Positions 23,050 to 34,800 of a DNA stretch of 64,000 bases are shown here, one piece after another. A program made the translations under genes and the position numbers. The DNA comes from Octopus bimaculoides. Lineage: Eukaryota. The stretch covers positions 22,436,599 through 22,500,598 of the forward strand of contig NC_069007.1 of NCBI RefSeq assembly GCF_001194135.2. Direction: 5' to 3'. The notes under the pieces are model-generated. The model was not told where the DNA came from. It made no database searches and saw only the letters and a list, made by a program, of their open reading frames with translations. Every line of letters starts with the position of its first letter. Position 1 is the stretch's first letter.

Positions 23050-25166
23050 GCTCCCACCTCATATTATATTCTCCTGACTTCCTGGAACTCAGACTGCCTC
23101 ATGGGCCCAACAGACAAAAGGCATTGCTCTTGCGGATGGTGTGGGAGATGCCCTGCAACAGCCACTCTGACTCACAGCTCCTGTACTTGCAGATAGCCAT
23201 CTCCCCATCCCTACCTCGATAGCTGTGAGCAGGGATATGGTCTGGCGGCTGAGAACGCTGGAGGTCGCTTATACCACAGGCTCATCCATAAGCCTGTCAT
23301 CATTTAATGTCCACTTTTCCATGCTTGTATGATTCAAATGAAATCTGTTGATGCAGATTTTCTAGAGCTCCTTGACTTTCATTTTGCCAACCCTCACCCA
23401 TTCTCAAGAAAGGTAACATTTTCTCAAGTCCTTCCTACATGAGCAGCACAATGGCTGGACATGATTTCACAGAAGACTGCATATGGACATCACCATTTGT
23501 GTGGTAGTGACATTCATTTATAACTAGCAAGCGATGTCATAAAAATGAGAAACACACACACGCATACATGTACATGACAGGCTTCTTTCAGTTTCCATCT
23601 ACCAAATCCACTCAAGGCTTTGGTTAGGCCAGTGCTGTATTAGAAGACCTTTCGCTAAGGTGCCATACAGTGGGACTGAACCCCAAACTATATGGTGAGG
23701 ATGTGAACGTCTTAATTGTAGAACCATACCTGCACAGATACAGGTGCTTATCGGAAAAATTAAAATAAGAACTGCAGTTGTAATCCAACAAGACATCCAT
23801 CACCTTTTCATTGCTGCTGCTAGTTACTCTAGTGAACTGTATCACCCTGTGATACTTAACAGGGTAGGTATTTTAGGTAAACTGGACCTTGGTGACAGAT
23901 ATAACACAAATGGTTGTGAGTGATGTGAGGAAACTAAATGTTGACTTGAATGAATCGATGTAACAATACAATGCAAAAGTGGTTCGCTTTTATGCCGAGA
24001 CAGCAAAGAACAGCAAGTTTCAAGACGACTTGTCATTTGATGCTCGTTCAGTTTGTGTGGTACCTGCTCGTCCAGCTTCTTTACCGTGCTGATTTGTTTT
24101 AGATGGTCCAATACAGTTGGAATCGAAACCTCAAACCTTGCATAGTTTGAGATGTATCTGCTTCCACAAGTTTCCAGCTCATCATTATCCACCTTGGTCC
24201 AGCTCTACCATGGGGCTGATTTTCAAGAGTAAAATCACCAAACCAGATCTTCTCAAACCATCAACCTACAGTGCACTCATCCGCCACATTTTCCCCAAAC
24301 CCTTCACTGATGTTTCGAGGTGTCTGGGATGCATTGGTTCCACGACAGAACTCATTCATAAAGAACACAAATTTTTGATCTCTCTATGGGTTCACAAAAA
24401 TCGATTTACAAGACAAAACTCACAATGTAATCAGACACCAGGAACTGCATTTTGAAAAGTGATGATGTAGCTCTTCAATGTTGTAAAACAAAGAATTGGC
24501 AGCACAAAACATTAGAGTTAACAACTGTGTATGAGAAAATCGGACATTTCATTCATAATGACTTGATATATCCCAAATTATNNNNNNNNNNNNNNNNNNN
24601 NNNNNNNNNNNNNNNNNNNNNNNNNNNNNNNNNNNNNNNNNNNNNNNNNNNNNNNNNNNNNNNNNNNNNNNNNNNNNNNNNNNNNNNNNNNNNNNNNNNN
24701 NNNNNNNNNNNNNNNNNNNNNNNNNNNNNNNNNNNNNNNNNNNNNNNNNNNNNNNNNNNNNNNNNNNNNNNNNNNNNNNNNNNNNNNNNNNNNNNNNNNN
24801 NNNNNNNNNNNNNNNNNNNNNNNNNNNNNNNNNNNNNNNNNNNNNNNNNNNNNNNNNNNNNNNNNNNNNNNNNNNNNNNNNNNNNNNNNNNNNNNNNNNN
24901 NNNNNNNNNNNNNNNNNNNNNNNNNNNNNNNNNNNNNNNNNNNNNNNNNNNNNNNNNNNNNNNNNNNNNNNNNNNNNNNNNNNNNNNNNNNNNNNNNNNN
25001 NNNNNNNNNNNNNNNNNNNNNNNNNNNNNNNNNNNNNNNNNNNNNNNNNNNNNNNNNNNNNNNNNNNNNNNNNNNNNNNNNNNNNNNNNNNNNNNNNNNN
25101 NNNNNNNNNNNNNNNNNNNNNNNNNNNNNNNNNNNNNNNNNNNNNNNNNNNNNNNNNNNNNNNNNN

Positions 25167-25232
<66 letters not shown>

Positions 25233-27417
25233 GGTATTCTGTTGATTGCAACGATGAGGGTCCCAGCTGATCTGATCAATAGAACAGCCTGCTTGTGAAA
25301 TTAATGTGCAAGTGGCTGAGCATTCCACAGACACGTGTACCTTAATGTAGTTCTTAGGGAGATTCAGCACGACACAATGTGACGTTACTGGCCCCTTTGA
25401 AACACAGGTACTGCTAATTTTTGCTATCTTAGTGGACTGGAGCAGCATGAAATAAACTGACATGCTCAAGAGCACAGTGTGCTGCCAGGAATCAAACTTG
25501 TGATTTTCCAATTGTGAGCTGAATACCCTAACCACTAAGCCACTCGTTTTCAGTAGTTATATAGAATTTGGTGAATAGTTGTTCTGCCTAGTCCCAAGTA
25601 TTTCAAGTGTATGTTTATAAGTCTGTCTGGCTCTGAAAGCTTTGTGGTTATCAGGAGTGTGGTGGTGTTTAAAGGGACACAACTATGCTAGCTTTAGCCA
25701 ACAAGCCTCTATATGGATGTACAACCTGCTTGAAATTGCAGCCTATCTCCCTTAAATCACATCTTACTATCTTTAAAAAAAAAAAAACCCTAAAAAATCA
25801 TGGGTAATTTAATCTTCAATACAAAGTAAACTGTATGGCTATGACTCTAATGTCTTTTATCATAGATCTGTTGTTTGTACTGACTTGGCACGAAACACTA
25901 CCAACTCCAATCAGCCAACAAGGAATACTCTACTTTGCTCTTTCTCAACTATTTTTCACCTTTCATTCTTATTTTACTAAGATGAATCCTCCTAAACATT
26001 TCATGTTTAAAGAATCATATTTTAATGACTAAATATTAGGAATTGTATTTAAAAAAAAATTGTGAATTGTAGAAGTATAACCAATTTATTGCAGATAATT
26101 TTAACAAAATCTTCTATGGTCACTGCTCTACATGGTTGCTAGCTTTGCTAGAAATAGCAGCCAAATCTCCTTCAAATCACATCATCATTATCATCATTTA
26201 TCATCTGCTTTCCATGCTGGTATGGGTTAGACAGTTTGACTGAAACTAGTAAGCTAGAGAGCTGCACCAAGTTCCAGTCTGGTGGCATGGTTTTCTGTGG
26301 CTGGGTGTGTCCGGTGGTCAGCTTGCCACGACTCTCCAGTTCCCTCTTTATTTCTGCAGACAATCAGTTGGGCTCCTCTTGCTTCCAGTTCATCCTCTGA
26401 TGTCTTTTGCTCTCTTCTTGACACACTTCCTGTTGGGGTGGTCTCAGGCAATGATTTCTGAGGCATTGTATATCTGAAATATCATAGCTTTGTGGGTTTG
26501 ATTCTCAGCAAGAGTTGTCTTTGGCTTTTCAGCTTGTCTAGTACTGTAGCATTTGTTGCCCTTGTCTTTCCAGCTTATCCGGACCAATTTGTCAATGTTC
26601 CACTTCTCAGTGTGTTCTGTACATTGTCCAGAAAATTATAATAATAACAGGAGCACTCAGAGAGCGCAAACTTCCACCAAGGCAACACCAACGTCCTCTC
26701 AACGATTAGCCAGAGATGGTAACTGCAGTGTATTTGCCTTTTAGCACTTAAAATATGTCACAAACATATTTTAACTAACCTAAATTTTGCTTATGCCTTA
26801 AACACTGCTTTGTTAACAGGAAAATTATCATCCTATTAATTAACTTCTTGGTGTTGGTGTCTTTCTTTTTTTCCCCTTTATTTTTATTATTGTTGTTATT
26901 TTTGTCTTCAGCATCAATCTATTGTAGCTGGTCTTCAGAAGATTCAGTGGGCCATGGAGTTACTCTCTATGCCACAAGGTGCTCCAAAAAGTTTAGAAGA
27001 AGCAAACAAAAAGAAATACCAGTTTTGGGAGACACAGCCTGTTCCTAAACTCTGTAAGTTTTTTTTTTTTTTTTTATTTAGAAAATTTGTTGTGTTGTTG
27101 TTTAGCCCCTGGCCATCAGTAACTGAATAATACCTGTGATCTAAGATATTTCAGTTTTAACTGTCCTGTTATTCTTTCCGACATTGTAAATGCTATCACA
27201 TTCAGCTATGTGCTTATTTTATAACAGTAAGGCAGGGTTTAAGGGAAGTTCAGTAGCTGTTTCTAGCAAGTCATCTAATTGCAAGTAGTGGCTGCACTAT
27301 AAAATTGATGAGTGTTGTGTTAGGTTGCAGTCTTATGCTGAACTAGTCCTGTGACTATAGTTTAGAGAGGTTGATGATAAAGGGGAGGTTGTAGCTGACT
27401 GACTTGGTCCTTGAATG

Positions 27418-27449
<32 letters not shown>

Positions 27450-30400
27450 GTCTTTAAAAAGAAGACATTGGATTATACAGTTCTCAATAACATTATATAT
27501 CTGAATAACAAGACAGGGTGATTTTGGCTGGAATATCTGGCCCAGAGGTGTAAAACAATAATGTCAACAAACAAAATAACAAAACTATAGACATGTTGAT
27601 GTTTGTTTTAAATTTCCAGCGGAGAAAATAGATGAAAATGTTAATGAATGTATTGAAACTGACAAGCTCCCTGATGACATTCGTCAAGAATCTTACTCTC
27701 TACCAGATGGCTTTCATTGGGATACGTTAGATATCAACAAACCAGATATAGTAAGTAGAGCCCCTTTCCTCACCATTCACCTTTTTATTTGGCTCTTTCA
27801 ATTATATCTGCTTCATTAATTCTCTGTTTTTCCATCTCCTTCCTTGTGTGTTTACTTATATAGAATGAAAGAGGCAGCTGGTATCTGTCATTCTGTATGT
27901 CTTTCTTTCGCTCTATCTACATCTCTTTCATTCTGTCTCTCTTTGTCTCATCTTTTCTTAGTTGATAAATTAAGTACCAGTCAAGTACTGGGGTTCAATG
28001 TGATCAACTATGCCCCTCCCCCCAATTCTAGGCCCTGTGCCTATAGTAGAAACGATTATTATTATTATTATTCAGTAGTTTTATTTTTATAACGTGCTTT
28101 CACTTCACTACCGAGCGCAGCTCTGTGTGCCTTGGGTACGTGCTGTGGTTTGCTGTGGTGCTCTTATGTTTACTGTATTGAAAGTGTTTTACGTAGAATG
28201 TGTGCAGTACCCAGTAGTGCAATTTTCTGTATGTTATATATATTTGTAAGTCCTGCTATTTTTGTTATGTATTTGTCTGAATATTTTTTTATTATACCTA
28301 AGGCACCTACTATGATAGGAATTGTTTCTGTTTTTAGATTCCACATTCGAGTTATCTCTATTTCCAGGTCTTTGTATTTTGAAAGTTTTTCCATTTCTTT
28401 TAGAGAAACGTTGTCATCTGCTGGTATTGATACATCAATTAGAAAGCATTTTTTTTCTTCATGTATTATTATTATTATCATCATTATTATTATCATTATT
28501 ATTATTATTATTATTTCTTTTTGTAGTTGAAAGAGCTGTACATCCTTTTAAGTGAGAATTATGTTGAAGATGATGATAATATGTTCAGATTTGATTATTC
28601 TCCTGAATTTCTTCAATGGTCAGTTGATAAATTTTAAAAATTTCTTGTGTGTGCCTTGCTCTTATATATATATGTACCCACACACACACACACACACACT
28701 CTCTCTTTCACAGGTATACACATACACAGCTTGTGCTATTTTTATCTGATTGTTTTAAACATTTTTTAGGGGAACAAATACCATTTTGAACATAAAAGGC
28801 CTGTTCAAGGGTCATCACTACATAACCTGGCCAGTTGTTTTCAATCCTGCTGGTCACTGTATGATCTGTGTCTTCAGTTGTGTTGGCCACTCATTATCCT
28901 GTTGTTAACAACACTGCTGACTACTCTGTGGCCTGTGTTGTTGGCGTTCTCTAAGCCACAGCTTCACAACACAAAAGTGTCCACTGTGTGTGTCTCTCTT
29001 TTTTTTTTTTTCATATCTTTCATTTAGGAAGTGAGCAGTGAATAAGTTATTAAAAAACAAAAAGAAAAAGAAAAACAGGGGGTGGGGGTGGGGGGCATCA
29101 AGTGTACAATTGGTGAATTTCAGCAATTGATGCGGGCAATTTATTCCATGCTTCAGCAATAATGAGTAAACACGGACAAGGTAACTAATGCCATAAGAAA
29201 TGTAAATTGACTGTTTAGCATTCAGATTATTCTGTCCAATGTAATACTGCTTAATTTATTCCCATTGTTTTGAATTGATCCTGGATTATCTCAGAAATGA
29301 CAATGTAAGGATAGGTGTGAGAGGCCAGAATTGGCTGGTTTCAACATAAAACAGGCAAAATATTTGGCCTGGTTTCAAGCTGACGTCCGTCTGTATGTTG
29401 TTACTTTTGTTTCTTTGTTTGCTATATGTTTGTTTTGTCTTCTTTCTACAGGGCATTACAACCTCCTGGTTGGGTAAAGGATTGGCATTGTGGTGTACGA
29501 GTAACGAAGAATGCTAAACTAGTAGGATTTATCAGTGCCGTGCCTGCGCACATTAAAGTATATAAAAAGTAAGTGTCTGGGGGGGGGGGGGTCTGACTAC
29601 TGCTGGGGTTCTGCATTCTTGTATTGGCTGCAGTGGCTGTTTTCTTTTCTGGGTCTTACTTTAGTGTAGAAAATGATATAATAATGTTCCTTCTGAGTCG
29701 TATCAACTTATAGGGCTGTTTTTCTGGTTGCTATGCTGTTTATATTTTCCCCCTGGATGGGATGCCAGTCCATTGCAGGATGACTCATTTTTACCAGCTG
29801 AGTGGACTGGGGCAACGTGAAATGAAACGTTTTGCTCAACAATGCAGCATATTGCCTGCTCCAGGAATTGAAACCACAATCTTATAATCATGACTTCAAC
29901 ACCTTAACGATTAAGCAATGCACCTAAACACACTGAGTTCAAATTCCACCAAGGTTGACTTTGCCTTTCATCCTTTCGAAGTCAATCAAGCACCAGTGAA
30001 ACACTGGGACCGATGCAATCAACTAGCTCCCTCCCCCAAAATTTCAGGCCTTGTGCCTATAGTAGAAAGGATTATTATTATTGACCCAGCAAATAAAGTG
30101 AGTTCACGGCTGTGTCCTACACCAGTTTTGCATAACCAGCCCCAGCCCATTCAAAAGTACCTTGGATTGTAGGGTGACCTGCTGTACTTGAGGAGACCTA
30201 TTGAGTCAAGTACATCAACATCAACATGAAAATCAAATGGAAATTGTAGTTGTGATACCCATGCCGGTGGCACATAAAAAGCACCGTCTGAACGTGGCCA
30301 ATGCCAGCGCCACCTTGACTGACTTCCGTATTGGTGGCATGTAAAAAGCACCAACCGATTGTGGCCGTTGCCAGCCTCCTCTGGCCCCTGTGCTGGTGGC

Positions 30401-30567
30401 ATGTAAAAAGCACCCACTACACTCATGGAGTGGTTGGCGTTAGGAAGGGCATCCAGCTGTAGAAACTCTGCCAGATCAGACAGGGGCCTGGTGCAGCCTC
30501 CTGGCTTCCCAGACCCCAGTTGAACCGTCCAACCCATGCCAGCATGGGAAACGGACGTTAAACGATG

Positions 30568-30600
<33 letters not shown>

Positions 30601-31810
30601 CTTTGTTTCAGATTTAAAGATATGGTAGAAATCAATTTTTTGTGTGTACATAAGAAACTTAGATCAAAACGGGTGGCTCCTGTTTTAATTCGGGAGATAA
30701 CGAGACGAGTCCATCAACGTGATTTGTTCCAGGCTGTTTACACTGCTGGTGTTGTTTTACCCAAACCCATAGCTTGTAGCAGGTAAGCCCTTTACCTTTC
30801 TTGTCTTTTTTCTCACACAACATTGAACATTGTAGTCCTAGATACACTGGCTAAAAACAATATTGGATGGCCAATACATACAGGGTGGTGAGATTAAGAC
30901 AGGGTTTCATCCCATTGTGTAGGACCTTGGGCAAGTATTTTCTACAATATCCTGGGCCATGTACAAAGCCTGTTCCATTCTCTCTCTCTCTCTCCCTCTC
31001 TCCATTTCTCCAGTCAAGCCTTTGCCTCCCTAATTCTTAGTCACTAGCACTTATCACTCCCTTATTTTAAGATTATCTGTTTTAAAATTTCTTAATGCTT
31101 ATTTGTTCCAGACCCCAGCTTAATAATGGGAAAGTTATTTTATTAAATCTTTCATAATTAAAACAAAAAAACAACTAATTGAAATAAAGGTATCATATAT
31201 TGACAGAAATATGGTAACAAAAGAGTTGATGATAAATATCTATTAGAATCAATTAACTGCTATAATTATTGTTGCCCAACTAAAATACCTTCTCGTATTT
31301 AGTTTCATTCTTTTGTGTTCTGACTTTACCTTTCATTTGTCAAGAGAGACAAAATAAAGTAAGCAGTTGTGATATTTTAAAGTTGATATAATTGTTTAGC
31401 ATGAACTCATCCATCTCTTAATGTGTAGTTTTGTTCCAAAGTGAGAAATTATTTATTATTATTATTGTTGTTGTTGTTGTTAAGGTAGTGAGCTGGCAGA
31501 GTCATTAGCATGCCGGGCAAAATGTTTAGCAGCATTTCATCTGTCTTTACATCCTGAGTTCAAATTCTGCCAAGGTTGACTTTGCCTCTCATCCTTTCGG
31601 GATTGATAAAATAATTACCAGTTGAGCACTGGGATCGATGCAATCAACTTACCCCCTCCTTTGAATTTGCTGGTTTTGTGCCAAAATGTTAAATCATCCT
31701 TATTATTATCCTTTTGGGGCGATAAATGAAATACCAGTGAAACACTAGGGGCCATATAATCGACTAGTCCCCTCCCTTGAAATTTCAGGCCTTGTGCCTT
31801 TAGCAAAAAG

Positions 31811-31846
<36 letters not shown>

Positions 31847-34800
31847 CAATGTTGTTAAGGTGATGAGCTGGCAGAATGGTTAGCAGCATTTTGTCTGTCT
31901 TTACATTCTGAGTTCAAATTCTGCCATGGTTGACTTTGTCTTTCATCCTTTTAGAGTTGATAAAATAAGTACCAGTTGAACACTGGGGTTGATGCAATCA
32001 ACTTACCTCCCTCCCCACCAACCTGCTGGCTTTATGCCAAAATTTAAAACCATTATTATTATTGTTGTTGTTCTTTTCTATTTGTATAGGTATTGGCATC
32101 GTTCTTTAAATCCTCGGAAACTCATTGAAGTACGATTCTCTCACCTGGGACGCAATATGACAATGCAGAGGACTCTAAAGTTTTATAAACTACCTGACGT
32201 GAGTGTTTTGATCGACCAAACTTCTTGATAACCTGTTAAATGCTATATTTGGAAATATTGTATGAGCTGTATGCTTAATTGGGAGTAGATGAGTCTAGAA
32301 AGTTAACCCTAACGTTGCTGCTTCTCTCTCAACTTGAGTCCATTCTCTTGGGTGGCATTTCCTATACTAATTCGCTTAAGGAACCCTCTTTTTGAAAGAG
32401 TAAAAAATAGCAAAATCTGAAAGCTTAGATCAGTGGTTCTCAACCAGGGTCCAAATGACCCTTGGGGGTCCATATAAGATTCCATTGTTAAAGTTTATAA
32501 ACAATAGATTTGTTATACTTCTACAAAATGCAAAATATTTTAACACTTTTTTTATACAACTTTGAAAGATTTTTAATTATTCTTTTTCTTGTTTCGGTCA
32601 TTTGACCAGCAATAGTCTGGTTGATACCCTAATATACCGTGATATATCACACGCTACTTTCAGTTTCCATGCTGTACTTGTCCATGGTGTTGTACAGTGA
32701 TATTGAACTCCAAGCCCTGTGACTGCAAAGCAAATTTTTTAACCACATAGCCATGCATACACCTATAAATCTGCAGTGTGTGTGTATATTTGTATACATA
32801 CCTGTCTTTCGTAGATGTGTGTGTGTGTGTGTGTACCTGTGTATGTAGTTATATGAGGGTGGGCACAAGGCCAATCTCCTAGTTTCTCTGGTTTATATAT
32901 TCCTCCCTGGAAAATATGCCTGTCTGTCATAAGGTTAGTCATTTTAACCAGCTGAAATGAGACTGGAGTCTGGTGCAGCTCCGTTCAAACCGTCCGACCC
33001 GTGGACATTAAATGATAATGATGAAGAAGATGATGAGTAGATTGGAGCAATGTGAAATCACCCAGCCCAGGAATCGAAATTACAATCCATCAATCATGAG
33101 TCCAACACTTTAACCCCTAAGCCATGCACCTCCACTCCGTGTGTGTCTGATTATCTTTAACGGAGTTCATGATTTTATTGATACAGTCTTCTTGAATAAT
33201 ATAAGCAAAGCTCTTGGTCAAAACTAATTTTGTAATAAATTAGCTTCTACTTTTCATATTGAGACCTCCTCTCCTTTCAGTAAATGCTCTATTGTGATTC
33301 CTTAAAATTCCTTTAAAAACAACTACCCAAGAATTAACAAATGTATTCTGTCTTTTGCAGCAAACTAAAACTCAAGGTTTCCGAGATTTAAGAGTAGAGG
33401 ATGTGGAAAATGCCTATCAGCTTGTATTGAAGGTTTGTTAACATCTCTGACTCTGTCTTTCTGTACTCTTTGACATGTACACACCATTGACCAAAGTATT
33501 TTCTCTCTTACTGTTACAGTATCTTTATAAAAAAAAAGTTAAAAAAAAATATCCGACTGGTTAACACTGATTTTTCAACCATCTTTCTACCTACGGACCT
33601 CTGTGGTCCCTATTTTATTCAAGTGACCCCTCATAGCCAGCTATTGTATTTTTACAATATTAGGGATTGTATAAACCACCGGTTTAACACAAACATCCTC
33701 TCCTTCCTTCCCTCTACACACAAACTCTCTTTCTCGTTCTTTCTGAAAGCATGTGGCTATTTGGCTCAGGATTGTAAGGTCATGAGTTCAATTCCTGACA
33801 ACAACTTTGTATCCTTGGGCATGACGCTTTATTTCACACTACTCCNNNNNNNNNNNNNNNNNNNNNNNNNNNNNNNNNNNNNNNNNNNNNNNNNNNNNNN
33901 NNNNNNNNNNNNNNNNNNNNNNNNNNNNNNNNNNNNNNNNNNNNNNNNNNNNNNNNNNNNNNNNNNNNNNNNNNNNNNNNNNNNNNNNNNNNNNNNNNNN
34001 NNNNNNNNNNNNNNNNNNNNNNNNNNNNNNNNNNNNNNNNNNNNNNNNNNNNNNNNNNNNNNNNNNNNNNNNNNNNNNNNNNNNNNNNNNNNNNNNNNNN
34101 NNNNNNNNNNNNNNNNNNNNNNNNNNNNNNNNNNNNNNNNNNNNNNNNNNNNNNNNNNNNNNNNNNNNNNNNNNNNNNNNNNNNNNNNNNNNNNNNNNNN
34201 NNNNNNNNNNNNNNNNNNNNNNNNNNNNNNNNNNNNNNNNNNNNNNNNNNNNNNNNNNNNNNNNNNNNNNNNNNNNNNNNNNNNNNNNNNNNNNNNNNNN
34301 NNNNNNNNNNNNNNNNNNNNNNNNCTCATCACTCTTTCTCTATTTTCCTCACTCATCACTCTCTATTTTCCTCACTCTTTCTCACTCATCACTCTTTCTC
34401 ACTCATCACTCTTCCTCACTCATCACTCTTTCTCACTCATCACTCTTTCTCTATTTTTCTCACTCATCACTCTTTCTCTATTTTCCTCACTCTCTCACTC
34501 ATCACTCTATTTTCCTCACTCTTTCTCACTCATCACTCTCTATTTTCCTCACTCTTTCTCTATTTTCCTCACTCTTTCTCTATTTTCCTCACTCTTTCTC
34601 ACTCATCACTCTTTCTCTATTTTCCTCTTTCTCAATCATCAGTTTCTCTATTTTTCTCACTCATCACTCTTTCTCACTCATCACTCATTTTCTATTTTCC
34701 TCACTCTTTCTCACTCATCACTCCTCTATTTTTCTCACTCATCACTCTCTATTTTCCTCACTCTTTCTCACTCATCACTCTCTATTTTCCTCACTCTTTC

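Noticed and set aside
24452-25535. Long ORFs of 230-350 aa here and at 38369-38811, 44716-45528 and 59531-60587
   Set aside because: They are open only because they run through N-gaps and dinucleotide repeats.
30258-30414. CRISPR-like direct repeats (TGGCAxxTAAAAAGCACC) with 40-50 nt spacers
   Set aside because: Eukaryotic context, the spacers resemble each other, there are no cas genes, and the same block recurs as part of a dispersed retroposon tail (48230-48400, 50690-50800).
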